A stretch of 64,000 nt of DNA from Coprothermobacter sp. (lineage in GTDB: Bacteria > Coprothermobacterota > Coprothermobacteria > Coprothermobacterales > Coprothermobacteraceae), in assembly GCA_012842545.1 (NCBI GenBank), contig DUSQ01000035.1, positions 617-64,616 of the forward strand. Direction: 5' to 3'. Positions 19,824 to 30,096 of this stretch are shown here, in pieces (position 1 is the first letter of the stretch; every line of letters begins with the position of its first letter). A program made the translations under genes and the position numbers. Under the pieces are notes generated by a model. It was not told the DNA's origin, searched no databases, and saw only the letters and a list, made by a program, of their open reading frames with translations.

Positions 19824-20223
19824 TTGTTCTCCTCCTCGCATTAATATACTCCTGTAATATTAGCACAGCTGACATCAAATCAACCTTACCCTTATCCTTT
19901 ATTGCTTTTTTCAGGCTCCTAGGGTCCTGACGTGAAACCAACTTTGACGTAAGTCTTTCATCCCAGAACTCAACCTCGAATCCACGCTCCATTAAGCGTT
20001 CACCAAGTGAGCGCACAGTTGAGGCCATTTCGCCTTCAGTTCCATCCATGTTTTTGGGAAGGCCCAAGATTACTAATCTTGGCTCAAGCTTTTGTAATTC
20101 TTCAATGAGTTTTGCTTCTAAGTTCCCACCCTCTAGGGTTTTGTGCGGGAAAGCCCAAACCTCGCCTTCGTCGCTACGAGCCAAACCAATTCTTTTGAGT
20201 CCAAAGTCCACCGCAACGATCAT
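19810..20223 (-). CDS. ruvX: YqgF/RuvX pre-16S rRNA nuclease
   Basis: AVDFGLKRIGLA, GLPKNMDG, DERLTS and VDLMSAVLILQ. Confidence 0.94.
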   Translation of the reverse strand: MIVAVDFGLKRIGLARSDEGEVWAFPHKTLEGGNLEAKLIEELQKLEPRLVILGLPKNMDGTEGEMASTVRSLGERLMERGFEVEFWDERLTSKLVSRQDPRSLKKAIKDKGKVDLMSAVLILQEYINARRRTNESQ

Positions 20224-21245
20224 GTCTCTTTAGGCTTACTCCAAAGGTTGATAAGGTAAGCTCCAATGGGTACTCCGAGGATGAGCCCAGGAACGCCAGC
20301 CACCACCCCACCGAAAATCACCAACATGATTGCAATAACGAATGGGATGGAAAACTGCACACTGGCCATGGCAGCTGCTACAACCTGCTCCAAACCTTGC
20401 CCAACTAAGAATATGACTAAGCTCAAAAACAGACTTAACCACTTGGGCGAAACAACTAAAACAACTATGGCGTTAATGATAAATGCAAAAAAAGGCCCCA
20501 CATAGGGTATAAAGTCCAGCACGAACCCTAAGCTCGCAATTCCTAAACCTAAGGCACTATTACGCAATATTATGGCATTCCCAATGAAGAGAACAACACC
20601 CAGCGCAAAACCACTGACTAAGCGCTGCAAAGCATACTGACCAAGCATCAAATCCAACTGTTTAAACTTTGCAGCAGGTACTTTGCTATCTGCAAAATCA
20701 AGGAGCTTATCTTTGTATGGTATGAGTATGCCTGAAATCACAACGGCCAGTGCGATCTGAAACAGACTCCCTCCAGAAGATGTGACAAAACGACCAATAG
20801 TGAAAAGTACATTTCTGACAGTTTCTGCACCAACCCAAGACTGAACCTCAGTAGTTATCTGATCAAAAACCCACATCAAAACGTCGCTCCTCTGAGCCCA
20901 TTCTCCCAAGGTTTCCTGCAGCTTCGGCATGTAGGCGATAAAGCTCTCAATACTCTTGACCAGAGGCGGAATAACACTCTGTATGAGATAGTAAATAGAT
21001 AGACCCACACCTAGTAGTAGCAAAATGGCAGTTATAACTCCCACCAGACCTGCGAACCTTTTTTGCACTTTGAATAGTTTTGCTACTGCTTCAACCACAT
21101 ACATGGCAAATACAAGCCAGGCGAGAAATGTGACCCACCCATACACAGTGGAAAGGTTTCTAATGACAAGATAAAATGCGAAGGCCATTAGGAGAAAAGC
21201 AGCTTCTGCTTGCAATATGACTCGCATTAAGTCTTTCCTATCCAT
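20220..21245 (-). CDS. AI-2E family membrane protein
   Basis: Multi-TM; LDFIPYVGP and GGVVAGVPGLILGVP. Confidence 0.85.
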   Translation of the reverse strand: MDRKDLMRVILQAEAAFLLMAFAFYLVIRNLSTVYGWVTFLAWLVFAMYVVEAVAKLFKVQKRFAGLVGVITAILLLLGVGLSIYYLIQSVIPPLVKSIESFIAYMPKLQETLGEWAQRSDVLMWVFDQITTEVQSWVGAETVRNVLFTIGRFVTSSGGSLFQIALAVVISGILIPYKDKLLDFADSKVPAAKFKQLDLMLGQYALQRLVSGFALGVVLFIGNAIILRNSALGLGIASLGFVLDFIPYVGPFFAFIINAIVVLVVSPKWLSLFLSLVIFLVGQGLEQVVAAAMASVQFSIPFVIAIMLVIFGGVVAGVPGLILGVPIGAYLINLWSKPKET

Positions 21246-21969
21246 TTATGGCCTCTTTAAGCTTAGCAACCGCTTTTCTTTCAAAACGCGAGACCTGAGC
21301 TTGAGAAATGTTCAAAAGCTTTGCAATTTCACTCTGAGAGAGACCTTCTAAGCGTTTTTCGATTATGAAGCGTTCGGGCTCAGGAAGTTCCGATACAGCT
21401 ATCTCCAAAAGAGCCTCGTCTTCTAAATCCCTGTCACTTAAAAGTCCCAGTAGCTCCTCGCCTGTGGTATCGCTCTCATCGGTAATTTTAGAATCAATAC
21501 TAGAAGTATTCTTGACTGCCATTATTGAAAGTACCTCGCTAACTTGTTCTTCATCTAAATCCAGTTCTTCTGCTATCTCTTTAATGGTTGGTTCGTGACC
21601 AAGCTTTTCGGCTATTTCAGGAAGCTTCTTTTGAATACTGTAGGCCATGTCAACCATGCTCCTTGGTACACTAATAGCCCACCCATAGTCCCTCAGGTAG
21701 CGCTTGAGGTTACCTACTATGGTCGGTAGGGCAAAAGTCTCAAACAGGTTCCCGTATGAGGGATTAAATCTTTCGATGGCATCAACCAAGGCTCTGTAGG
21801 CTTCTTGACGCAAATCGTCCTTGTCAATCTGATAGGGAGCAAATCTGTTCACCACAGAATCTGCAAGCGGCTTGTACATAAGAAATAGTGTGTCGCGTAT
21901 GCGAGGATCTCTGGTTTCGGCGTACCGTTCCAGAAGCTGCCACGCTAACTTCTTTTCCTTTTCCGTCAT
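21238..21969 (-). CDS. SigB/SigF-family alternative sigma factor
   Basis: DDLRQEA, AIERFNP, FETFALPTIVGNLKRYLRD, WAISVPR and SQSEIAKLLNISQAQVSR. Confidence 0.92.
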   Translation of the reverse strand: MTEKEKKLAWQLLERYAETRDPRIRDTLFLMYKPLADSVVNRFAPYQIDKDDLRQEAYRALVDAIERFNPSYGNLFETFALPTIVGNLKRYLRDYGWAISVPRSMVDMAYSIQKKLPEIAEKLGHEPTIKEIAEELDLDEEQVSEVLSIMAVKNTSSIDSKITDESDTTGEELLGLLSDRDLEDEALLEIAVSELPEPERFIIEKRLEGLSQSEIAKLLNISQAQVSRFERKAVAKLKEAING

Positions 21970-22289
21970 AGGTACAAGATGACCTTCTTACATCTCTCAA
22001 GCTCTTGGCCCATGTAGGGCAGCAAAAATAATCTGTAGGTCTCCATGTCAATGGGCTTGTCACTCTCAATGTCCACCTGCATTCTGTCCTCATTCATGTG
22101 GGATAACCTCAGACGAAAACTGCCTGGTCCGTCCTCTTTAGTGGCACCTTCGAACGCTTTTATGACGACCAAACTCAGTTCAAAGAACTTATCTAAATCC
22201 AAATTCCATATTTGACCTACGCCCGCAACAACCTTTTGCAAGAGTAAGCCATATTCCTCTAAACAAGGAACACAGAGCTCTATCACCAA
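21966..22289 (-). CDS. Degenerate RsbW-like anti-sigma protein (~107 aa)
   Basis: IELCVPCLEEYGLLLQKVVAGVG aligns by eye to the RsbW N-terminus; stop overlaps the sigma ATG; TTG/GTG start just after the aspS stop. Confidence 0.65.
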   Translation of the reverse strand: MVIELCVPCLEEYGLLLQKVVAGVGQIWNLDLDKFFELSLVVIKAFEGATKEDGPGSFRLRLSHMNEDRMQVDIESDKPIDMETYRLFLLPYMGQELERCKKVILYL

Positions 22290-22293
22290 CCCA

Positions 22294-24021
22294 CTAACCA
22301 CCCTCCTCAATAATCTGTTTGAATATGGGCAACAATTCTTGACGCTGACTGGCAAATAGCCTTGCAGGAGCTCCTGTAAGCGGACACGTTCCTGACTTTG
22401 TTTTCGGGAACGCAATAACTTGTCTAAGGCTATCAGCTCCGCAAAGGATCATGACAAGCCTGTCAAAACCCAGAGCAATGCCACCATGAGGTGGCGCACC
22501 ACAGGACAAGGCATCCAAGAAGAATCCAAATCTCTCTTCTATTTCCTCGTCGCTCAAGCCAAGAATCTCAAAAACCGATCTCTGAAGATTTGCATCATGT
22601 ATTCTTATACTGCCTCCACCTATCTCCACACCGTTTAGAACAATGTCATAGGCCCTCGCCCTGACCTTTAAAGGTGCGTTTTGAATCTCTTCAATGGATG
22701 TTACATCCGGCATAGTAAAGGGATGGTGAGCAGCTTGAAGCGACCCATCTTCAGCTATCTCAAACATGGGCCTACTAGTCACCCAGACAAACTTGTAGTC
22801 ATTTCCCTTAGACAGTCCCAGGTATTCTCCTAACGCCAGTCTCAGCTCTCCCAAGAATGGCAGAACATCCGACTCATTCCCAGCAGCAAAAACATATGTT
22901 CCGTCTGCGAGCCAAGTTTCTTCTGCTAAAACGGACTTAGGCCCGTTAGTTAATAGTCCATTAGGTGACTTGCTAACAAACAGGAATTTATTCCCGCTAC
23001 CTGATGCAGCTTGGTCCAACACCTTGAGTGCGGACCTATCTAATGGTGCATACCAGTACAGCCCTCTTACTACTCCTCCGCTCTCTACCACATTTCTAAA
23101 TGCGTTGAATTTGCTGAGTGAAAACTCCTTTGTAAAGTCTTTTATGGTCATCTCAAACCGCAGATCGGGCTTGTCTGAGCCGTAGAGCGACATGGCTTCA
23201 TCGTATGTCATCCTGGGAAAAGGTGTATCCACCTTGACGTCTAAAACCTGCCCAAATAGGTCTTGCATCATGCCTTCAATTAACGCATATATGTCCTCTT
23301 CCGTGATAAAAGATGCTTCAATATCTACCTGAGTGAATTCAGGCTGCCGATCAGCACGAAGATCTTCATCACGGAAGCAGCGCGCAAACTGGAAGTACTT
23401 ATCCACACCGCTTATCATCAATATTTGTTTGAATATTTGAGGACTCTCAGCTAAAGCGTAGAAGTAGCCAGGCTGTTGCCTCACTGGTACAACAAAATTC
23501 CGTGCTCCTCCTGGAGTATATTTTGTTAAATATGGGGTTTCTACTTCCCAAAATCCATTATTTGACAAGTAATTTCTTATGGCAGAAGACGCATGACTCC
23601 GAATTCTCAGATTAGTCAGTAATTCGCCATGCCTTATGTCCACATACCTGTATTTGAGCTTGGTAAATTCACTTGGGTCCCCGTTCACATCGTAAGGCAA
23701 TGGCGCACAGGAGTTCAAGACTTCAAGATCCTCAACTTCTATTTCTATGTCGCCGTTTTCCATATTTGGATTAATTTGATCCTCCGGACGGCATCTAATT
23801 AAGCCTTTAACGCGGACAACATCATCCATGGATAGTGCCTTAACCTGCTCCAGAAGTTTCTCACTTTGAGCCCCAACATAGCACTGGACTATGCCCGTCC
23901 TATCCTTTATGACAAAAAAGACTACTTTACCGAAGTCTCTGACATACTGCACCCAACCACATAACTCAACACCTGAATCCAGTTTTACATCTTTTACATT
24001 GCCGATATAGATCCTATTCAC
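22294..24021 (-). CDS. aspS: Aspartyl-tRNA synthetase
   Basis: FRDEDLRADRQPEFTQ, HHPFT, GGGSIRIH and PPHGGIALGFDR. Confidence 0.97.
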   Translation of the reverse strand: MNRIYIGNVKDVKLDSGVELCGWVQYVRDFGKVVFFVIKDRTGIVQCYVGAQSEKLLEQVKALSMDDVVRVKGLIRCRPEDQINPNMENGDIEIEVEDLEVLNSCAPLPYDVNGDPSEFTKLKYRYVDIRHGELLTNLRIRSHASSAIRNYLSNNGFWEVETPYLTKYTPGGARNFVVPVRQQPGYFYALAESPQIFKQILMISGVDKYFQFARCFRDEDLRADRQPEFTQVDIEASFITEEDIYALIEGMMQDLFGQVLDVKVDTPFPRMTYDEAMSLYGSDKPDLRFEMTIKDFTKEFSLSKFNAFRNVVESGGVVRGLYWYAPLDRSALKVLDQAASGSGNKFLFVSKSPNGLLTNGPKSVLAEETWLADGTYVFAAGNESDVLPFLGELRLALGEYLGLSKGNDYKFVWVTSRPMFEIAEDGSLQAAHHPFTMPDVTSIEEIQNAPLKVRARAYDIVLNGVEIGGGSIRIHDANLQRSVFEILGLSDEEIEERFGFFLDALSCGAPPHGGIALGFDRLVMILCGADSLRQVIAFPKTKSGTCPLTGAPARLFASQRQELLPIFKQIIEEGG

Positions 24022-25234
24022 CCAAAACCGCCTCCTGAGCAATTACTCGCTGTTCGCCAGTTACCATGTCGCGCAAAGTAACAGCATGGTTCTTTTGTTC
24101 CTCTTCACCCAATATGAGTGCATACCGCGCATCAACTTTATCAGCTAATTTTAACTGTTTTTGTAGTTTTCCCTGCCGCAAATCCATTATCACTTCAGCG
24201 TTATGGTCTCTAAGGCTCTCAGCCAGCCAGAAAGCAGGTTCTATCATGTCTTGACCAGTGGTAGCCAGAAAGTAGCTTACCTTCGGTTCCGGATCCACTT
24301 TAGGTACCTCCTGCATGGATGTAATCAGTCTCTCCAAGCCAATAGCGAAGCCTATGCCAGGTATGTCAGGACCTCCATAGAAAGAAACCAAATGGTCGTA
24401 TCGGCCACCTCCCACAACGGCCAAGTTAAGCTCACCCACATACCCCTCGAAAACCGTTCTGGTATAGTAGTCAAACCCCCTGGCTAAATGAGGATCTTCA
24501 ACAATGGGAATAGCGAATGTTCTTGCTGCTTTTATTACTTCCGCATAATGATCTCTGCAGGTAGGACAAAGATACTCCAGGATTTTAGGTGCGTCTGATT
24601 TTACTTGAGCATGCTCAGGTCTCTTGGAGTCAAACAGTTTCAGAGGGTTCTTTTTAAACCGCTCAATTTCTTCATCATCAGGTATGCTTTCTACTACAAA
24701 ATTCCTTAACTGTTCAATATAAGGTGGTCTGCATTCGTCGCACCCCAAGCTGTTTATGTGTATGGTCAAGGGTAACCCGAGAAGGTCAAATATTCTCTTA
24801 ACTACGAGCAGTACTTCCACATCCATGTAAGGCTCTGATACACCGAAAGCCTCAATGCCAAACTGGTGAAATTGGCGATAGCGTCCAGCTTGTGGTCTTT
24901 CCCTCCTAAACATGGGTCCCGTGTAGAAAAGCCTAAGTACGGGTACATCGTAAAGGTGATGCTGAATAACCGCTCTGGCAACAGGAGCTGTTCCTTCCGG
25001 CCTTAGCGACAGAACATCACCATTCTTATCAACGAATTCATACATTTCCTTGAGTGCCACATCACTTTCGTCTCCCAAACCCTTTCTAAAAAGTTCACCA
25101 AATTCTAAAATGGGGGTTCTTATTTCACCGTAACCGTAAAGCAAAGCGACTTTTGACAATAGAATCTCCAACCTTCGCCACTTAAAGGTTTCGGGAGGCA
25201 AGATATCTCTCATTCCTTTAGGATTTCGAACCAT
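24014..25234 (-). CDS. hisS: Histidyl-tRNA synthetase
   Basis: LRPEGTA, FRRERPQAGRYRQFHQ, RGFDYY and GGGRYD. Confidence 0.97.
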   Translation of the reverse strand: MVRNPKGMRDILPPETFKWRRLEILLSKVALLYGYGEIRTPILEFGELFRKGLGDESDVALKEMYEFVDKNGDVLSLRPEGTAPVARAVIQHHLYDVPVLRLFYTGPMFRRERPQAGRYRQFHQFGIEAFGVSEPYMDVEVLLVVKRIFDLLGLPLTIHINSLGCDECRPPYIEQLRNFVVESIPDDEEIERFKKNPLKLFDSKRPEHAQVKSDAPKILEYLCPTCRDHYAEVIKAARTFAIPIVEDPHLARGFDYYTRTVFEGYVGELNLAVVGGGRYDHLVSFYGGPDIPGIGFAIGLERLITSMQEVPKVDPEPKVSYFLATTGQDMIEPAFWLAESLRDHNAEVIMDLRQGKLQKQLKLADKVDARYALILGEEEQKNHAVTLRDMVTGEQRVIAQEAVLGE

Positions 25235-27903
25235 TCTTTGGCACCTCCTAAACACTCTACTACGGCAAAAATAACAGCCCACGAAGAGACAAAGCCAGTT
25301 TTAAAGTTTTGGACCTCCTTCTCCCTAATCAGCTGAAACCCTCCCGAATTGAATTTTATCATTGTAATACCCCTTTTATTGCCCAAAACCTTAAGCAAAG
25401 AATAAGCAAATAGAGCCTTAGCTTCCTCGGGAACGTTTCCTACGAGATCTCTGAGCATCAAAAACATCTGCATGAGTTCTCGTTCAGTATCAGCGTCCAG
25501 AATGTCCTTGAGCAAATTGCTTCTTTCTGGCTCAGGCAGGATCCACTCTGGTATGTTCATCTTAATCGGCCAACCCACAATTTCAGTTTCTTCTTCCCTG
25601 TACGTTTGCTCTAGAAGTGCATCAACTGCGAACACATCTTCTTGTCTTACCAGTCCATGCTGTCTTACGCCGAAAATTTCTCCAATACCCCTGTATCGTG
25701 TATCTAGTTCGGCAAGAGCATAACTATCAGAATGGTTAAGTAACTTCACAGTGGAATGAATACGGCTTCGCGTAGCCGGGGAGGCAGTTGAAGGATACAG
25801 AAACCAAGCATAACCTTTTACACTATTTCTTCCTACTCTACCCTTGAGCTGGTACATCTGCGATACACCCAAGTGACTAGCGTCTTCTACGACGATGGTG
25901 TTCGCAATGGGTAAATCCACACCAGCTTCCATAATAGTAGTGGCAACAAGAATGTCTATTTTACCTTCCTGAAGTTTTTTGAAAATGGACTTTATACGCT
26001 TGTCGCTCATCTGAGCATGAAGAACGTCTATATCAGCATCCAAGAACATCTGTTGCAGCTCCAATGCCCGTAGGTCAATTCCTTCAATGGTTGGGTGAAT
26101 GTAAATAGCTAATCCACCCCGGTCCAGCTCATCCGACAATACTTTCCTAACCAACTCCGGAGAGTATTCATCAGCAAAAACAGCGACTTTCTGCCTACCA
26201 TATGGCAACTCATGCATGCGTATGAGCTTCACATATCCACGGCGTGCCAGGAAAAACGTACGAGGTATGGGCGTAGCGCTGCTAAAGATGACCTTAACCC
26301 ATGGGAAATGCTCTTGAAACCAGTTCTTATGGGTTACTCCGAACTTCTGTTCCTCGTCAAATATGACCAGAGCTAATTTATCGTTATACAATTCCTGCTT
26401 TAGAACACTATGAGTTCCCACCAATATGTCCCAAGGCACGGCTGGGTCGTCAGAGAATATGAGTCCACATTTTTGCAGACGTTCACCGTATGCTGCGACA
26501 TACTGATCCACCAGGACTCTGGTGGGAACGACTATGACAGCCTTATAACCACTAGATGCAACCGCTACAGCCGCACGCATGAGAACCTCAGTCTTGCCTA
26601 CTCCAGATTCTCCTATGATCAATGCCTCTTCCGGATGAGGCAATGCTAGCCAAGCATGGAGTTCTTCTGTGGCCTGTTTTTGGTCCGTGGTTTCTTCGAA
26701 CTGGAAGGACTGTGCGAATGCTTGTTCAATTTCTTCGTCTGGCTCTATGACATGAGACCGAATGCTCTTCTTCTGTTTAAACCTGTTTTCAAGAAAAGCT
26801 CTCATCTTCAGAGCTCGTTCCTGTAAAGATTTGCTCTTTCGGCTCCATCTTTCTGGTCCCAAGCTGTCGATGGACATGGTTGAAGGAACCCTAACTAACT
26901 TCTGGCTTCTTTCTAAAGGAACAAGAACATGACCATCCTTGTAAGAAATGGAAAAATACGGTTTTCCTTCCACGTAATCGATGCCGTTGTAAATACCAAC
27001 TCCTCGGTCCACATGAAGCACTGGCTCCCCAACTCTTAAACCATGCCACGACAGTTCCAAAGATCTGCGATGCCCAACTTTCCATCCTAAGCCTTCACGG
27101 TCAATATGTATATCGAAACCATTAGCACTGAAAGGCATTCTCAGCCTGCCATGCACCAAAAACCTGTTCTCGCCGGCTGTTATGCCTGCCCATATGGAGT
27201 CAAAAACGGGCCAGCCAAGCTTACGTGAAAAAACCTCAGGAAATTGGGTTACCAAAACCATCTTGCCCTTGTAGGCAGCAAGGTCATCGACGTTGAAACT
27301 GGGTATTGACAGAAACTTCTCTATGCTGACTGGGAGAACGCTCTTCACAGGAAAAGTTAGCTCAACCTCTACTGCCCTTAGCTCCCTTGTGGTACGCTCA
27401 GGGTCATATACGAGTGCCCGTTTTATTCTGTCGATAGGGCGAGTAGGCACCTGCTTTGTCCAAACAGTGGCGTATTCAGTTCTTCTTATGGACATTTGGG
27501 TATCCGGATCGACTACACGGATACTTTCAACACGATCCTCCTCGTCAAAATCCAACCTGTAAAGCTCATCAGAGTAGACATCAAGCACAAAGCCTCTTTT
27601 TGCCCATTGGAAACTGCCGTAACAGAAGTCGGTTTTCACGTAGTCAGCCGCTTTCAAAAAATCCAGAACCACATTCATTGGAGTACCTTTAGTTATCAGC
27701 AGTGGCTCGCCTTCCGGAGATAAAGTTTCCTCCACTAGGTCTCGCGCGCTGTAGACCATGCTGCGAGAAATACCAAACAAAACTGAGTAGTAATCCAGAA
27801 AAGCTTGTTTTTCACCTTCTGGCAAGATAATGGGAAGGTCTTCTCCCAAGTTCTTCGCTTCAGTAGCGAAGTAAACCAGTGGATCCTGACTAATGATTCT
27901 CAT
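25210..27903 (-). CDS. mfd: Transcription-repair coupling factor Mfd (compact)
   Basis: UvrB-like RGFVLDVY, CarD-like VLHVDRGVG, GVGKTEV, DEEQKFG, SATPIPRT, QLKGRVGR and TRG motif; follows pth. Confidence 0.88.
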   Translation of the reverse strand: MRIISQDPLVYFATEAKNLGEDLPIILPEGEKQAFLDYYSVLFGISRSMVYSARDLVEETLSPEGEPLLITKGTPMNVVLDFLKAADYVKTDFCYGSFQWAKRGFVLDVYSDELYRLDFDEEDRVESIRVVDPDTQMSIRRTEYATVWTKQVPTRPIDRIKRALVYDPERTTRELRAVEVELTFPVKSVLPVSIEKFLSIPSFNVDDLAAYKGKMVLVTQFPEVFSRKLGWPVFDSIWAGITAGENRFLVHGRLRMPFSANGFDIHIDREGLGWKVGHRRSLELSWHGLRVGEPVLHVDRGVGIYNGIDYVEGKPYFSISYKDGHVLVPLERSQKLVRVPSTMSIDSLGPERWSRKSKSLQERALKMRAFLENRFKQKKSIRSHVIEPDEEIEQAFAQSFQFEETTDQKQATEELHAWLALPHPEEALIIGESGVGKTEVLMRAAVAVASSGYKAVIVVPTRVLVDQYVAAYGERLQKCGLIFSDDPAVPWDILVGTHSVLKQELYNDKLALVIFDEEQKFGVTHKNWFQEHFPWVKVIFSSATPIPRTFFLARRGYVKLIRMHELPYGRQKVAVFADEYSPELVRKVLSDELDRGGLAIYIHPTIEGIDLRALELQQMFLDADIDVLHAQMSDKRIKSIFKKLQEGKIDILVATTIMEAGVDLPIANTIVVEDASHLGVSQMYQLKGRVGRNSVKGYAWFLYPSTASPATRSRIHSTVKLLNHSDSYALAELDTRYRGIGEIFGVRQHGLVRQEDVFAVDALLEQTYREEETEIVGWPIKMNIPEWILPEPERSNLLKDILDADTERELMQMFLMLRDLVGNVPEEAKALFAYSLLKVLGNKRGITMIKFNSGGFQLIREKEVQNFKTGFVSSWAVIFAVVECLGGAKEWFEILKE

Positions 27904-28471
27904 TGGGATTAAAGCTATTTACGTTCTGCTGAAAACGCGAAAAACTCCTTTCAGTAATGAGCAGGCATAACTGATCAGCTATGTAATCTGCTACTTTTAC
28001 AAGCACTTCTTTCTCGCTTTTCTGAGGCGCGCTTAATACGTAGTTTATAACCTCTTCCTTCGAAGAGGGCCGGCCGATACCAACTTTTACACGCCAAAAT
28101 GAGTCAGTTCCCAGGGCATCGATAATTGATGACACACCTTTGTGACCAGCACTGGATCCACCAAAACGTGCCCTAACTTTGCCTACTGCCAGATCAAGAT
28201 CATCATGAACTACCACTAGATCCATGCCAGGCTCAAAAAGGCACTTCACAGCCTTACCGCTGTTATTCATGTAGGTATGCGGATAAACGATCAAATCCGC
28301 ATCAGATTTCCAGCCGTCATGTTTTAATTCGTAAACTCGACTATAGCAGAATAAACGTAAATTAAGGCCGGTGAGCTTAGTCCTAAGAAGGTCCAAGACC
28401 CACCAGCCAACGTTGTGTCTAGTACTTTCGTATTCTGTGCCGGGATTTCCCAATCCAACGATGAGCAGCAT
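27890..28471 (-). CDS. pth: Peptidyl-tRNA hydrolase
   Basis: GLGNPG, TRHNVG, TYMNNSG, HDDLD and GHKG. Confidence 0.96.
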   Translation of the reverse strand: MLLIVGLGNPGTEYESTRHNVGWWVLDLLRTKLTGLNLRLFCYSRVYELKHDGWKSDADLIVYPHTYMNNSGKAVKCLFEPGMDLVVVHDDLDLAVGKVRARFGGSSAGHKGVSSIIDALGTDSFWRVKVGIGRPSSKEEVINYVLSAPQKSEKEVLVKVADYIADQLCLLITERSFSRFQQNVNSFNPNENH

Positions 28472-28486
28472 GAAGTGAATATGTTA

Positions 28487-29131
28487 TTACTCTTCCTCCC
28501 CTTCTTCTTTCTTACCCTTTGATATGACTTCAGGCTCGCCTTCAACTGCGACTTCTTCTTCTACCTCTTCTACTTCCTCTTCTACTGGAACTGTTACAGC
28601 TACTACTACTTCTTCTAAATCTGCAAAAATCTTGGCCTCAGGCGGTAGATCAAGCTCACCGATGTGAACGATATCACCGATATCCATGTTTGAAACGTCC
28701 ACAGTGACCTGCTCAACCAACTTTTCAGTAGGTAGTTCTACTTCTATTTCACGAGTTGGAAACTCCAATATTCCGCCTTTCTTGATACCAATAGGTTCGC
28801 CTACCAATACTATTGGTACAGAAACAGTTACCGTGCTTCCAGCACTCAGTGCCTGGAAATCCAAATGAATCACTTCCTGCGAAATGGGATCCATTTGTTC
28901 TTCCTTGACAATGACTCTAACAATTTTCCCATCCACATCAAGCTCCAAGGAACGCCCTAGTGTTATGCGTTCTCTTATCACCTGGCTACGCTCCAGCAAA
29001 ATCGGTGTCGCTTTCATGTCCTGCCCATATAAAACCGCTGGCACGTAACCCTCCTTTCGCATTTTCTTGACCTTCCTTGTTCCAGTCTGCACTTCTGTAC
29101 GCTTAATGACTTTAACAGCCACTTTTACCAC
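28487..29131 (-). CDS. rplY: Ribosomal protein bL25/Ctc
   Basis: VPAVLYG, HLDF, GIKKGG and an acidic tail. Confidence 0.94.
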   Translation of the reverse strand: MVKVAVKVIKRTEVQTGTRKVKKMRKEGYVPAVLYGQDMKATPILLERSQVIRERITLGRSLELDVDGKIVRVIVKEEQMDPISQEVIHLDFQALSAGSTVTVSVPIVLVGEPIGIKKGGILEFPTREIEVELPTEKLVEQVTVDVSNMDIGDIVHIGELDLPPEAKIFADLEEVVVAVTVPVEEEVEEVEEEVAVEGEPEVISKGKKEEGEEE

Positions 29132-29145
29132 TCCTTTTAGCTAAC

Positions 29146-30096
29146 TTAATCAAATAATGCTGATATACTTTGATTTGTTCTTATACGTTTTATGGCCTCG
29201 GCAATTAGTCGTGCCACACTGACCACTTGCACCTTTTTGCTCGAGTAGTCACTTCGAACAGTATCTGTTACCACAACACGCTCAATCACAGATGCCTCAA
29301 GTGCATCAACCGCACCTTCACTGAACAAGCCATGAGTAGCGAGTGCCCATATACTTCGGGCTCCTCTCTCTTTAAATACGTGGGCAGCCTTTATCAAAGA
29401 ACCGCCGGTATCAATTATATCATCTACAATGAGCACATCTTTGTCCACCACATCTCCAATGACATGCACAATTTCTGCCACATTTGCCGCTGTTCTTCTC
29501 TTGTCACAAATAACCAAAGGCCTGTTATCAAGACGGTACGCGAGGCCATTGGCTCTTACTACTCCGCCCACGTCAGGCGAAGCAATCACTACATCTTGCA
29601 ATAAAGGTTTCTCTCGTCGCACATAATCAGCAAAAAGAGGCATGGCCGTAAGGTTATCCACAGGCACTTTGAAGAAACCTTGTATCTGAGGAACGTGCAG
29701 ATCTACAGCTACCACTCTGTCAGCACCAGCAGCTTCTATGAGCTCAGCAACCAATCTTGCAGAAATGGGTTCCCTGGGCTTGCTCTTCCTATCCTGCCGT
29801 GCGTATCCGTAGTAGGGCATGATTACGGTAATCTCCGCAACAGAGGCTCTCCGCAAGGCGTCCAACATAATCAGTAGCTCCATGAGATTCTCGTTCACAG
29901 GTGGTGATGTGGGCTGTATGAGAAACACCTCATATCCCCTAACCGACTCCTTGATCCGTATACCAGTCTCACCATCTTTAAAGTGATAGATTTCCACTGG
30001 TAACAAATCCATTCCAAGCTCGCTTACGATTTTTTCCGCCAAAGGCCTATTGGCAGTTCCGGAAATGACCGCCATGGGTCTGCCATCAACGCCCAT
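29146..30096 (-). CDS. prs: Ribose-phosphate pyrophosphokinase
   Basis: YARQDRK, SPDVGGVVRA and VDDIIDTGGS; TAATG overlap with glmU. Confidence 0.96.
   Translation of the reverse strand: MGVDGRPMAVISGTANRPLAEKIVSELGMDLLPVEIYHFKDGETGIRIKESVRGYEVFLIQPTSPPVNENLMELLIMLDALRRASVAEITVIMPYYGYARQDRKSKPREPISARLVAELIEAAGADRVVAVDLHVPQIQGFFKVPVDNLTAMPLFADYVRREKPLLQDVVIASPDVGGVVRANGLAYRLDNRPLVICDKRRTAANVAEIVHVIGDVVDKDVLIVDDIIDTGGSLIKAAHVFKERGARSIWALATHGLFSEGAVDALEASVIERVVVTDTVRSDYSSKKVQVVSVARLIAEAIKRIRTNQSISALFD

Noticed and set aside
22290-22415. Long N-terminus of ORF 21966..22415
   Set aside because: Overlaps the aspS 3' end; RsbW-like similarity begins only after the aspS stop
28487-28615. Repeated CTTCTA/CTTCTT units as a tandem repeat or array
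   Set aside because: They encode the Glu/Val-rich tail of bL25; the same applies to the acidic tails of DUF1292 and S2
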